Virus record (IMG/VR): IMGVR_UViG_3300037501_000139
Location: 1-51,501 of that record
Strand: one strand, 5' to 3'
Source: a virus
Lineage: Duplodnaviria; Caudoviricetes
Length of the DNA stretch: 51,501 nucleotides
The notes under the pieces are model-generated. The model made no database searches, was not told where the DNA came from, and saw only the letters and a list, made by a program, of their open reading frames with translations. The number at the start of each line of letters is the position of its first letter. Position 1 is the first letter of the stretch. Of this stretch, positions 27,230 through 37,219 are shown piece after piece. Made by a program: the position numbers and the translations under genes.

Positions 27230-27984
27230 GAAACAGGGCCGAGATACCTGATCTGCGGGAATATTTAAACCGGCGCAAGGATGAGATCCTCGCGCAGATG
27301 AATTGCATATCAATCGGGACGGTTGAAAAGTTTTATCCCGAAACGCAGAAGGCGGACATATCTATAAATTTCAAACGCAAGGTCAACACCGAGCCGCAGG
27401 TTATTCTGGATTATCCCATGCTCATTAATTGTCCGGTTGTGGTCATGAATGGCGGCGGGGCGTATGTGTCGTATCCCATCGGTCCCGGGGACACGTGCCT
27501 CGTGCTGTTCTGCGACAGAGACATGGACAATTGGTTCGAGACGGGTGAGCCGATGACGCCGAATACGACGCGTGTGCATGACTTATCGGATGGTATCGCC
27601 ATTGTTGGGATTCGGTCAAAGAGGGATCCGATAGAGTATGACGGCGAGCGGCTCAAGATGTTTTTCGGGCAAGGGTACATTACGATTGACGATGCAGGTC
27701 AGATTATTATCAACAGCCCGAGCAAAGTGTTAATTGGGGCGCCGGTTGTTAGTGCGGCAGGGATATTGAGCGCGGATTTCAGTGCGACGACAGATGTTCT
27801 GGTGCGCGGAGAAGAGTTTACAATCGAGCTGCCGACGGATAGTGCGGTACCGTACAGTACCGAGGATATCCGCAGGGTGTGGGTTGTAACGGAGAAGGTT
27901 GGTGACGTTGTTACGATTGAGGAGCGAAGGTTGACGCTCTCGCGGCCGCCGACACCGTTGACGAGAGTGGTGATGGTAAAATGA
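27226..27984 (+). CDS. Baseplate central spike (Gp138-like)
   Basis: PIGPGDTCLVLFCDRDMDNW, RVHDLSDGIAIVG. Confidence 0.8.
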   Translation: MRNRAEIPDLREYLNRRKDEILAQMNCISIGTVEKFYPETQKADISINFKRKVNTEPQVILDYPMLINCPVVVMNGGGAYVSYPIGPGDTCLVLFCDRDMDNWFETGEPMTPNTTRVHDLSDGIAIVGIRSKRDPIEYDGERLKMFFGQGYITIDDAGQIIINSPSKVLIGAPVVSAAGILSADFSATTDVLVRGEEFTIELPTDSAVPYSTEDIRRVWVVTEKVGDVVTIEERRLTLSRPPTPLTRVVMVK

Positions 27985-28340
27985 TAACGCGCGCGTTGGA
28001 TGTTGATCACGACTGGACGTTTGGTATCGGGAAGAATAATTATTTGACAGAACAAAAGGCAATCGTGCAGGATATTAACACGCGGTTGCTTTCGTTTTTT
28101 AGGGACTGCTTCTTCGACATGGATGCCGGGATTGATTGGTTCCGGCTGCTGGGGACGAAATCCACAGAGCAGGAGATTATATTAAGCTGCAGAGGCGTCA
28201 TATTGCAGTCGTTCGGTGTCGTGCGCGTCAATAGCATATCGTCGTCGGTTTCGGGGAGAAGGATTTATCTCACGTATAACATAGATACCATTTACACGAC
28301 GCAGTTCTCGCAGGCGTTGGAGGTTATGCCACATGCCTAA
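27981..28340 (+). CDS. Baseplate wedge / sheath-initiator-like protein
   Basis: RALDVDHDWTFGIG, CFFDMDAGIDW. Confidence 0.75.
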   Translation: MITRALDVDHDWTFGIGKNNYLTEQKAIVQDINTRLLSFFRDCFFDMDAGIDWFRLLGTKSTEQEIILSCRGVILQSFGVVRVNSISSSVSGRRIYLTYNIDTIYTTQFSQALEVMPHA

Positions 28341-29631
28341 TCAGATTGATGGGTTCGGAATACAGGTACAGACGCTGGCAGAAATTCTGTCAGATATAAT
28401 TGACGGTACGGCAGATGCACCTGGGTTCAAGCAGATTTATGGAGACGATATCAACATCGAGTCGAACACGCCAGATGGGCAGATGATCAACATTTTTGCA
28501 TTGTCGAAGGCGGATATCCTCGACCTTATTGTTCAAGACTATAATTCCAAGGATCCCGATCAGGCGGTTGGCGTGGCGCTGGATGGGGTGTGTCAGCTGT
28601 GCGGGATATACCGGCAAGGGGGGACATACACTGAGGTTGCGGTCACGGTGACGACTGACCGGGCGTTGAATCTCAACGGTCAGGACACCTCGACACCGTT
28701 TACCATATCGGACAACATCGGAAATAAGTTTCAGCTTATCGCGTCGACTTCACTGATCGAGGGAGTGAATTATCTCAACTTCCGGGCTGTTGAGGTAGGA
28801 TTCATCCAGATATTGGCGAATACGCTCACGACCATGGTGGATCGCGTACTTGGCGTGTTAAGTGTCAATAACGCGACGATACCTTATCAGATCGGGCAGG
28901 ATCAGGAAACTGATGCGGTCCTGCGGTTAAGGAGGCAGGCGTCTACGGCTCTTCCGGCGCATGGATTCCTTGAGAGTCTGCAGGCAGGATTGACGTCGAT
29001 CGAGGGACTTGCGGAGGCGGTGGTTCTTGAAAACAACGAATCAACAGTCGATACAAACGGGGTACCGGGACATTCGATATGGGTCATCGTTGACGGGGGT
29101 TCTGACGCAGATGTCGCAGGAATGATTTACAAATACCGCAATGCTGGATGCGGCATGAAGGGTTCCGAGGTGGTTGACGTCACGCAGGTGGACGGTTCGA
29201 CGTTTACGGTGTACTTCGACCGCGCGGATTACGAGTATCTTTTCATCCGCATCGATGTCGAATCGCTGTCGGGTGCGGCTATCGATGAGGCCGCGTTAAC
29301 GGCAGCGCTGGCGGAGCATTACGCGCTGGGGATATACGATACCGCGGATATCACGAGCATTGTTGCTTTGGTACACGATATCAATCCGGATCTGCTGGTA
29401 ACATATGCGGGAGTCAAGATTGCTGGCGGGGCGTATGCGAACACCGTGACACCGTCATACCGGCAGAACAAGTTTGTCATTCTGGCCGAGAATATATCGG
29501 TCATATCGACAGGAGAGAGTTCATCCTCGAGCTGCAGGTCATCGAGCTCACGGAGTTCGAGCTCGTCATCAAGCAGCTGCAGATCATCGAGTTCCAGCTG
29601 CCGGTCAAGCAGCTCTTCATCGGCGGGATAA
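28333..29631 (+). CDS. Baseplate J-like wedge protein with a 35-aa C-terminal poly-Ser tail
   Basis: TPDGQMI, GVALD, ETDAVLRLRR, GVPGHSIWVIVDGG; ends ...CRSSSSSCRSSSSSSAG. Confidence 0.88.
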   Translation: MPNQIDGFGIQVQTLAEILSDIIDGTADAPGFKQIYGDDINIESNTPDGQMINIFALSKADILDLIVQDYNSKDPDQAVGVALDGVCQLCGIYRQGGTYTEVAVTVTTDRALNLNGQDTSTPFTISDNIGNKFQLIASTSLIEGVNYLNFRAVEVGFIQILANTLTTMVDRVLGVLSVNNATIPYQIGQDQETDAVLRLRRQASTALPAHGFLESLQAGLTSIEGLAEAVVLENNESTVDTNGVPGHSIWVIVDGGSDADVAGMIYKYRNAGCGMKGSEVVDVTQVDGSTFTVYFDRADYEYLFIRIDVESLSGAAIDEAALTAALAEHYALGIYDTADITSIVALVHDINPDLLVTYAGVKIAGGAYANTVTPSYRQNKFVILAENISVISTGESSSSSCRSSSSRSSSSSSSSCRSSSSSCRSSSSSSAG

Positions 29632-29632
29632 T

Positions 29633-30364
29633 ATGACACTTAAAGAAATCCTTGATTACTACGCGGGGTTGCTGATTGTTCAGTATCGGATAAAGCCAAA
29701 AGCGAGGGCAACGATTCGGCTGTTAACGAATCAGGCCGCATGCAACGGGCTGGTAGAGGCAGAGCGAACCTGCTTTGACCTCGATACGGCGCAGGGCGCG
29801 CAGCTGGATGTTCTGGGCCGCATCGTGGGTGTACCGCGCAATGTATATGGTTTGGATCTCGCGCATGAGTATTTCAGCTTCACGCGATATCTGACAAGCG
29901 AGGCGTCGGTGGGGTTCGGACGGTACAATGCGCAGCCGGAAGAGGAGCTATTCTATCGGTACAATAACTACGCGATTTACACGTTGACTGATTTCGAGAT
30001 GAGGACTATGATTTATCTCAAGATCATATTCAACAATAAATACTCGAGCTTCAAGCACCTCAAGGACGCAATATATGCGAAGTTCGGAAACGATATCGAT
30101 ATTGCGGAGTCGCCGCTGGGGATTGATACGAGCGGGTTCACATATTGGAATTTCACGAGGTATTCTGGGTCACCGGCCAGCACGGGGTGGGGGCGGTATT
30201 CTGATTCTCCGTTTACTGGCAATATGTACCGGTATGCGTTCTCGGGGCTCATGCAGATGACGTACCGCGTCAAATCGCAGTATGCGAATGCAATAGCTGC
30301 GGCGGTATTCCTGCACATAATTCCAAAACCCATGGGTGTCAGAGTTAACGTAGTTTATAACTAA
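29633..30364 (+). CDS. Baseplate wedge protein (DUF2612-like)
   Basis: LLIVQY..KPKA, FDLDTAQGAQLDVLGRIVG, PKPMGV. Confidence 0.82.
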   Translation: MTLKEILDYYAGLLIVQYRIKPKARATIRLLTNQAACNGLVEAERTCFDLDTAQGAQLDVLGRIVGVPRNVYGLDLAHEYFSFTRYLTSEASVGFGRYNAQPEEELFYRYNNYAIYTLTDFEMRTMIYLKIIFNNKYSSFKHLKDAIYAKFGNDIDIAESPLGIDTSGFTYWNFTRYSGSPASTGWGRYSDSPFTGNMYRYAFSGLMQMTYRVKSQYANAIAAAVFLHIIPKPMGVRVNVVYN

Positions 30365-30376
30365 AAGGAGCGCTAG

Positions 30377-31255
30377 ATGGCAAAATTGACGAGGGTAAAT
30401 CAGAAGTTATTCGGGGCAAACGGTCCTTCAGGAGATTTCGGTCAGTTCGGTTCGCTGGCGGCAGGAGCGGCTAATTATACCAAGGATCCGACAACGATAC
30501 AATCGCTGGCAGCGTTTTTGACTGGGTGGGCCGCTGCGACGCTTGCAAACAACCGTCCGGCGCTCGAGGATATGAACTCGTTGTTCCATCTGGTGTATTA
30601 CCAGCTGTGCTATATTTTGCAGCAAGGGATTGCGGAGTGGGATACAGCGACGACGTATTACACGGGGAGTTTGGTGAATTACGGCGGCATTATTTATAAA
30701 TCGCTGCAGGATGATAACCTCGCGCAGACGCCATCGTCGAGTCCGGTATATTGGGCAGAAGCATTTTTGGATCTTACCCGGGCGCAGACGATCACTGGGA
30801 TCAAGACTTTCACCGCGGCACCGATACTTCCCACGCCGACAACGGATTATCAGGGGGCGACGAAGAAGTACGTTGACGATAACAAAACCACGAACGCTTC
30901 TCTGTTGACATCAGGGACGTTACCGGCCGCGCGACTGAACACGTATGATTCAGGGTGGTTCGCGGTTTCTGCTCCGAATTCGTATATCAAAACACACGGG
31001 CTCGGGACAACGAAGGTGCTCGCGGATATCTGGGTTGCTGAAAACGCTGACGGATCGGGGTGGTGTTTCAATTCACATCGGGTCTGGATTTCAACAACGA
31101 CGAACGGAGCGGGTATGTATGTTTCAGCTTTGGCAGCGAACACCATCACGATTCAGGCCGGGCATGGATCATCATTGTCGTATGTGGCGGCTGGAATTAA
31201 TAATGAGATGTACGCGTCGGGGTACTGTCGCGTTATCATGTTGGCGCTCGCATAA
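30377..31255 (+). CDS. Tail fiber / fiber-anchor protein
   Basis: QKLFG, GQFGSL, PALEDMN, QQGIAEW, ATKKYVD; follows the baseplate genes. Confidence 0.75.
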   Translation: MAKLTRVNQKLFGANGPSGDFGQFGSLAAGAANYTKDPTTIQSLAAFLTGWAAATLANNRPALEDMNSLFHLVYYQLCYILQQGIAEWDTATTYYTGSLVNYGGIIYKSLQDDNLAQTPSSSPVYWAEAFLDLTRAQTITGIKTFTAAPILPTPTTDYQGATKKYVDDNKTTNASLLTSGTLPAARLNTYDSGWFAVSAPNSYIKTHGLGTTKVLADIWVAENADGSGWCFNSHRVWISTTTNGAGMYVSALAANTITIQAGHGSSLSYVAAGINNEMYASGYCRVIMLALA

Positions 31256-32238
31256 TGCGAATACTCATCACGGGCGCATGCGGGTTCATCGGTCACCATG
31301 TCGTTGAACATCTCCTAATCAACACGGACTGGGAGATCGTGGGCCTCGACAGACTCAGCTACGCTGCAAATGGTTTCGACCGGCTGCGTGATGCAATAGG
31401 ATATCCACATCCTCGGGTGCGTATATTCCCGTTAGATTTCACGCAGCCGTTTTCTGTTGGGATTATCAAAGAGATCGGTGAGGTAGACTACATTCTGCAC
31501 ATGGGTGCGGAGACGCATGTTGATAATTCAATAGCGGATCCGGAGTCGTTCGTCATGGCGAACGTGGTGGGGACGATGCGGGTCCTCGAGTACGCGCGCA
31601 AGGTGGGGATTAATAAGTTCGTTTATTTCAGCACAGATGAGGTGTTCGGTCCGGCAGCGACCGGAGAGGCGTTCAAGGAGTGGGATCGGTACAATTCAAC
31701 GAATCCGTACTCAGCCACCAAGGCCGGGGGCGAGGAGCTGTGCCTTGCGTATGCAAACACCTACCGGATCCCCATGGCGATTACGCATACTATGAACGCG
31801 TTTGGGGAGAGGCAGCATCCAGAGAAGTTCATCCCGATGATCATCAAGAAGGTGCTCGGCGGCGAGACGATATCCATTCATTCGGATCCTACGAAGACGC
31901 GGGCAGGGTCGCGATTCTACATTCACTGCCGGAACATCGCGTCGGCGATTCTGTTCATATTAGGGCATACCGGCGACATGCGCGATAAATACAATATCAC
32001 CGGAGAGCGCGAGGTTGACAACCTCGACATGGCGCGGTTTATCGCTCGCGTGATGGGGAAGGAGCTTAATTTTGAGATGGTGGATTTCCATTCCTCGCGC
32101 CCGGGGCATGACTTGAGGTACGCGCTTGACGGATCTAAACTCGCGCGCATAGGATGGAGCATCCCGAAGAATTTCGAGGAGAGTCTTACCAAGACTATCC
32201 GGTGGTATCTCGACAACCCGAAGTGGCTGGAGTGGTGA
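31255..32238 (+). CDS. rfbB: dTDP-glucose 4,6-dehydratase-like NAD-dependent enzyme
   Basis: ITGACGFIG, AETHVDNSI, STDEVFG, YSATK, RQHPEKFIP, RPGHDLRYALD. Confidence 0.9.
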   Translation: MRILITGACGFIGHHVVEHLLINTDWEIVGLDRLSYAANGFDRLRDAIGYPHPRVRIFPLDFTQPFSVGIIKEIGEVDYILHMGAETHVDNSIADPESFVMANVVGTMRVLEYARKVGINKFVYFSTDEVFGPAATGEAFKEWDRYNSTNPYSATKAGGEELCLAYANTYRIPMAITHTMNAFGERQHPEKFIPMIIKKVLGGETISIHSDPTKTRAGSRFYIHCRNIASAILFILGHTGDMRDKYNITGEREVDNLDMARFIARVMGKELNFEMVDFHSSRPGHDLRYALDGSKLARIGWSIPKNFEESLTKTIRWYLDNPKWLEW

Positions 32239-32239
32239 C

Positions 32240-33301
32240 ATGATTAAACTCTTTAAACCCTACATACCGGATGAGGCTTTCGAAGAGGTTTCGAAGGTCT
32301 TGTATTCTGGACAAATCGCGCAAGGTGCGATGGTTGAAAAGTTCGAACGCGATTTCGCTGCGGAGTTTGCGGTTGATTATCCGGTATCTACCAATTCGGG
32401 GACGGCGGCGCTGGAGCTGGCGTATGAGCTCTTAGACCTCGGGCCCGGGGATGAGGTTATCACTACGCCGCTTACGTGCGCGGCTACAAATTTGCCGCTG
32501 TTGCGCCGCGGAGTCAAGATTGTATGGGCCGATATCGATGAAAAGACATTATGCATCTGCCCCGTTTCCGTTCGCTCCCACATTACTGAAAAAACCCGGG
32601 CGATAGTCCAAGTACACTTGGGCGGGGTGGATGCCAATATTGGGCGCGTACACGTGCCGGTCGTATCAGACGCGTGTCAGGCGCTGGGGATATTTCGAGG
32701 GGATTATACCTGCTGCTCGTTTCAGGCGATTAAGCATATCACGACAGGCGACGGTGGAATGCTGATATGCCCGACAGAAGAGACATGCAAGGAGGCGAAG
32801 CTTCTGCGGTGGTTCGGTATCGATCGCGAGAGGGGCATTGAGGACACGTGGGCTTCGTACCGGACGCGCATGATGTGCTTCGATATCGAGGTCCCGGGGA
32901 CAAAGAAACACATGAACGACATCGCGGCCGCCATGGGGATTGCGGGTCTTAAGCATTACGGCGAGGTGTTGGATCACAGGAGGAAATGTTTCAACATTTA
33001 CAAGCGGATGGTTGCGGGGATGGATGGGATCCGCATCGTCGATGGAGTTGTGAATACCTGCTGGTTAGCGACGTTCATTGTTGAGCGCCGCGACGATTTC
33101 GCCAAGAAGATGTTTAACATGGGCATCGAGTGCAACGTGGTACAGGTTCGTAATGACGTTTACAGCATATTCGGAGGCAGACAATCCGATCTGCCGGTGA
33201 TGGATAGCGTGGAGCATAAATATCTGTCCTTACCGCTCGGCATGCATACCTCCGAGGAAGACATCGAATTCATTTGCGATGTAATTCGAGGTGGATGGTG
33301 A
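32240..33301 (+). CDS. DegT/DnrJ/EryC1/StrS PLP-dependent sugar aminotransferase
   Basis: NSGTAAL, GPGDEVIT, DACQALG, SFQAIKHITTGDGG with the catalytic Lys. Confidence 0.92.
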   Translation: MIKLFKPYIPDEAFEEVSKVLYSGQIAQGAMVEKFERDFAAEFAVDYPVSTNSGTAALELAYELLDLGPGDEVITTPLTCAATNLPLLRRGVKIVWADIDEKTLCICPVSVRSHITEKTRAIVQVHLGGVDANIGRVHVPVVSDACQALGIFRGDYTCCSFQAIKHITTGDGGMLICPTEETCKEAKLLRWFGIDRERGIEDTWASYRTRMMCFDIEVPGTKKHMNDIAAAMGIAGLKHYGEVLDHRRKCFNIYKRMVAGMDGIRIVDGVVNTCWLATFIVERRDDFAKKMFNMGIECNVVQVRNDVYSIFGGRQSDLPVMDSVEHKYLSLPLGMHTSEEDIEFICDVIRGGW

Positions 33302-33885
33302 AAATTGATAAAAGATGTTTACCGAAATCAGAAAATCATAGAAACAAAATAAGGGATACCTTAATGGGGCACGAGGTATCAGATGAGACAAAAAGAAAAA
33401 TAAGAATTTCATTAAAGGGCAGGACATCTTTATTGGTTGGGTATAAACATTCTGATCAGGCTAAGAAGAACATGAGCATTGCCCAAAAGGGGAGGTTAAT
33501 ATCTGCTGCGCAGAAAATTAAAATGAGCAGAGCACAAAGGGAAAGATTTCTCAAAACACCAAAAGAAAATAGACCGAATTGGGAAGGAGGGATTACTCCC
33601 TTTAGGAATCATATTCGAAAACTTTTCGAATATAGGCAATGGCGATCTGATGTTTTTACGCGTGATGATTTTACGCGTGATGATTTTACCTGTCAATCTT
33701 GTTATAAGCGCGGCGAGATTATAGAAGCCCATCACATTAAACCTCTCAGCAAAATAATTACAGACAACTGTATTTCATCTATACAGGAGGCTCTTTTGTG
33801 TGCCGAAATTTGGGACATTAATAATGGAGTGACACTTTGTAAGAAATGTCATGTTGATATTGGAAAGGAGAGCCGTGATCTATGA
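33295..33885 (+). CDS. NUMOD3-repeat HNH homing endonuclease
   Basis: HEVSDETKRKI, HSDQAKKNMS, PNWEGG, CQSC, EAHHIK, NNGVTLCKKCH; AT-rich. Confidence 0.88.
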   Translation: MVKIDKRCLPKSENHRNKIRDTLMGHEVSDETKRKIRISLKGRTSLLVGYKHSDQAKKNMSIAQKGRLISAAQKIKMSRAQRERFLKTPKENRPNWEGGITPFRNHIRKLFEYRQWRSDVFTRDDFTRDDFTCQSCYKRGEIIEAHHIKPLSKIITDNCISSIQEALLCAEIWDINNGVTLCKKCHVDIGKESRDL

Positions 33886-36626
33886 AATGTCCGGTCTGCA
33901 ACGTAGAAATTCCCCACCTCAATAAAGAGAAAGTTCCTTGCGGGCACCTGCTCGCAGTCAAGTCTGCACTCGACGATCATATCCATATCCACGGCGACAT
34001 CGATAATAAGAAAATGATGGAAGAGTTCATCGACATTACCCGGCAGGAGTGCAAGCTCGATGCGCAGAAGGTAGATGTGTTGAGCCGCAAGGAGTTCGTG
34101 TTTCATAATCGGCAGCGCATTGGCGACATGATCATGTTCACCTGCGCGATACGCGATTTCAAGGCTGCGTATCCGGATGCGCGCGTCAACGTGGTTTCGA
34201 CTGCGATGCATCTGTGGGACAATAATCCATATCTGGACAGAACGCTGCAGGCGACAGAGGAGAACACCGTCAAGATCGGGCCGGGTAAGCTCACGAATTC
34301 GAGCAACCGTATTGACTGGCATTTCGCGAACGCGTTCCGCGTGTCAATTGAGCAGGCGCTCAATATCCACATTCCGCAGGGTGAGTCGCGCGGGGACCTG
34401 TGGTTGACGGACGAGGAGTACAATGCGCCGAGGATTACGAAGGATCCGTACTGGATTATCATCGTTGGCGGGGAGAAAGGGTGGGGGTGTAAGATGTACC
34501 CCTTCGAGCGGTGGCAGGAGTTTGTCTCGATGAATCCGGACACGCTGTTCTACCAGCTCGGGAGTGCGGGGGATCAGCATCCGCGGCTGCAGGGGCCGAA
34601 CGTGGTGGACTACATCGGCAAGACCGAGGATCGCAACACTGGTGTGCGCGATCTCATCAAGCTATTCCTGAACGCAGAAGGATCGATCGGGCTGGTTTCG
34701 TTCCACATGCACATGTCGGGTGCGCTGTATAAACCGGCGATTGTGGTGGCGGGGGCGCGCGAACCGGTAAGTTTTACGCAGTATCCGGGGCACCGATACC
34801 TCGCGACCGATGGATGTCTGCCCTGCGCTGCGACGACTGCGTGCTGGCATTGTGCGATCGATACGTGTACGGACCTTGTTGATGGCAAGGAGAAGACTCC
34901 GCGGTGTGTAGACCTCATCACTCCTGCCGACCTTACCCGCGCGCTCGAGATGTATTATCGGGGGGGGAGATTGAAGAAAGGTGTGCCTTGCGCGAAGCCG
35001 AAATTGAAGAACATTGTGAAGGCTCCGGTTGCGATTCCTAAGGTGCCTTCAGTAGATGTTGCAAAGTACGGCATGACGTTCGGCGGCGGGTGTATCACGG
35101 AGCCGGACTGGGAGTTCATGCAACAGGTCATCCGGGATCACGGTGTGCGCAGGGTCCTTGAGTTCGGCACAGGGCTGTCAACGCTGCTCATGACTGACCT
35201 CGGAATCGATGTTGAAACGTACGAGACAATGCCGGGATGGGTCGACCGGATCCGCGCGATCAATCCAAAATCGAACATCAATCTATGGGACGGGGTCAAT
35301 CTCGACCTTGGGGACAAGCGGTACGACATGGTTTTTGTTGATGGTCCCGCTGGTGGCCGCAGCCGAGAGGCATCTACGCGCATCGCGGCGGAGCACGCTC
35401 CGGTGGTTCTGGTACATGACGCGGGCCGGGAGTGGGAGAAACTGTGGCAGGAGAAGTATCTGCATGGCAAGTTCTCCGGGCCTGGAAAAGGCGGCAGCCG
35501 GTGTCATCTATGGATTCGGGATGGCGGGGCGGTTAAAACAGAGCCGATTACTGGGGTTTGTTCCGTGGAAAAACGTCAAACGGAGGGGGAATCGGGTCAA
35601 GGGACATGCGCAGACGATCGTGGCACCACGAGGCCCGCAGGGGGCAAATCCGTCAAAATCGTGTCCACGGCGCGTGGGTGGGGCGGGTGCGCGCGGTCAG
35701 TAACTACGATTATGAAGTTCTTAACCGCTGCGGGACATAGGGTTGAGTTTATTCCTTTCCGCAACAAAGTTGCTTCCCGGGAATACGGTGAATTCCTGCG
35801 GCAGCATCCAGAGATCAGGGTGACCGAGACCTACGACACCGTGCGCGAGGCGTGTGACGTTCTGTTCGTGTACGCGGACGATTACGTCTGGGAGTTCGGT
35901 AAGCCGGAGGTGGCGGACATATTCTCCGGGCTGGGTGCCGAGCGCAAGGTCATGATGCTGAATTACCGCAGGGGAAGCGTCGGATCGATTCCGTGGACGC
36001 AGGGGTGGGACAAGTACATGTTCCTGAACAGTTCACAGGAGCAGGAGCTGCTCAAAATCCTTCCGGGGGTCAGGACGAAGGTCCTGCCGCCTTGCACGGA
36101 GTTGGAGGCCTTTCTTGCGGTGCAGCCGAAATATGACGGGATGTTGCATATTGTGCGGCACTCGTCACAGGGGGACACAAAGTTTGCATCATCGATAGCC
36201 GATGAGATTGACACGGTCCTGCACAGGGCCGGGGCCACGATCGACATGCTCCCCGGGCCGAGTTTCGTGCAGTCGCGGAATCGGTTCACCAAGCATCCGC
36301 GGACGGATAAACCGGAGGTGATCGCACAGTTCCTCGCGATGGGCAACATTTTCTGGTATTCGTTACCGGATGGGTACATGGACATGGGCCCGCGGGTGAT
36401 CCTTGAAGCGATGGCGGCCGGGCTGCCGGTTGTGGCGGATAACTGGGGCGGCGCTCCGGATCGCGTGACGTCGGATTGCGGGTGGATATGCGGTTCAAAG
36501 GACGAGATGGTCAAGGTCCTGTTGAACGTAGACATGACTGAACTTGAGTATAAAGGCATGGCCGCGCGCGCCCGGGCAATCGATGAATTCGTACCGCAGA
36601 GGTGGATTGATGAGGTGCTGTCATGA
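33882..36626 (+). CDS. Multidomain glycosyltransferase: GT9-like + SAM methyltransferase + GT4-like
   Basis: IGDMIMFTCAIR...HMHMSGAL (GT9-like); VLEFGTGLST...VFVDGP (MTase); GGCARS...ILEAMAAGLPVV (GT4-like). Confidence 0.82.
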   Translation: MKCPVCNVEIPHLNKEKVPCGHLLAVKSALDDHIHIHGDIDNKKMMEEFIDITRQECKLDAQKVDVLSRKEFVFHNRQRIGDMIMFTCAIRDFKAAYPDARVNVVSTAMHLWDNNPYLDRTLQATEENTVKIGPGKLTNSSNRIDWHFANAFRVSIEQALNIHIPQGESRGDLWLTDEEYNAPRITKDPYWIIIVGGEKGWGCKMYPFERWQEFVSMNPDTLFYQLGSAGDQHPRLQGPNVVDYIGKTEDRNTGVRDLIKLFLNAEGSIGLVSFHMHMSGALYKPAIVVAGAREPVSFTQYPGHRYLATDGCLPCAATTACWHCAIDTCTDLVDGKEKTPRCVDLITPADLTRALEMYYRGGRLKKGVPCAKPKLKNIVKAPVAIPKVPSVDVAKYGMTFGGGCITEPDWEFMQQVIRDHGVRRVLEFGTGLSTLLMTDLGIDVETYETMPGWVDRIRAINPKSNINLWDGVNLDLGDKRYDMVFVDGPAGGRSREASTRIAAEHAPVVLVHDAGREWEKLWQEKYLHGKFSGPGKGGSRCHLWIRDGGAVKTEPITGVCSVEKRQTEGESGQGTCADDRGTTRPAGGKSVKIVSTARGWGGCARSVTTIMKFLTAAGHRVEFIPFRNKVASREYGEFLRQHPEIRVTETYDTVREACDVLFVYADDYVWEFGKPEVADIFSGLGAERKVMMLNYRRGSVGSIPWTQGWDKYMFLNSSQEQELLKILPGVRTKVLPPCTELEAFLAVQPKYDGMLHIVRHSSQGDTKFASSIADEIDTVLHRAGATIDMLPGPSFVQSRNRFTKHPRTDKPEVIAQFLAMGNIFWYSLPDGYMDMGPRVILEAMAAGLPVVADNWGGAPDRVTSDCGWICGSKDEMVKVLLNVDMTELEYKGMAARARAIDEFVPQRWIDEVLS

Positions 36627-37219
36627 GGAGTTCATACGCGCAAAACAACCTCGGCGAGTTGATCAGGACGTATGTGCTCGGTACGCGGCCGAACAGGCAT
36701 ATCGTCGAGCTGGGCGTGTTGGATGGGTACAGCACACTCAACATCGCACAGGGACTCAAAGAGCTGCACGAGTTGTATGGGCAGTACAGCAAAGTCGATG
36801 CATACGACTTGTTTGACGATTACCAGTTCAAGCATGGGTCGCAGGCAGAGGTTGAGAAGATGATCGCGGAATTCGGATTGTCTGACTACGCGCAGGTGAT
36901 TAAAGGTGATGCGTGGAAGGTGGCGGATATTTACGCGAATAAATCCATCGAGTTCCTGCATGTCGATATCAGCAATACGGGGGAAACACTGCGGCGGGTT
37001 ATGGAGGTCTGGCATCCGAAGATGGCGGACAAAGGGATGTTGCTGTTCGAGGGCGGCAGCATGGAGAGGGACAACGTTGAGTGGATGGTCAGATACGGTA
37101 TGCCGTCTATCCGCGACGAGATCGCGCGAAACGAGACGTTGAACAGGTGCTACATTTACGGAGTGTACTTGCAGTTTCCGTCGATGTTGGCAGCCATGAG
37201 AAAGTGGTGGATTGACTAA
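36623..37219 (+). CDS. Class I SAM-dependent methyltransferase (Methyltransf_24-like)
   Basis: IVELGVLDGYST, AYDLF, FLHVDISN. Confidence 0.82.
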   Translation: MRSSYAQNNLGELIRTYVLGTRPNRHIVELGVLDGYSTLNIAQGLKELHELYGQYSKVDAYDLFDDYQFKHGSQAEVEKMIAEFGLSDYAQVIKGDAWKVADIYANKSIEFLHVDISNTGETLRRVMEVWHPKMADKGMLLFEGGSMERDNVEWMVRYGMPSIRDEIARNETLNRCYIYGVYLQFPSMLAAMRKWWID

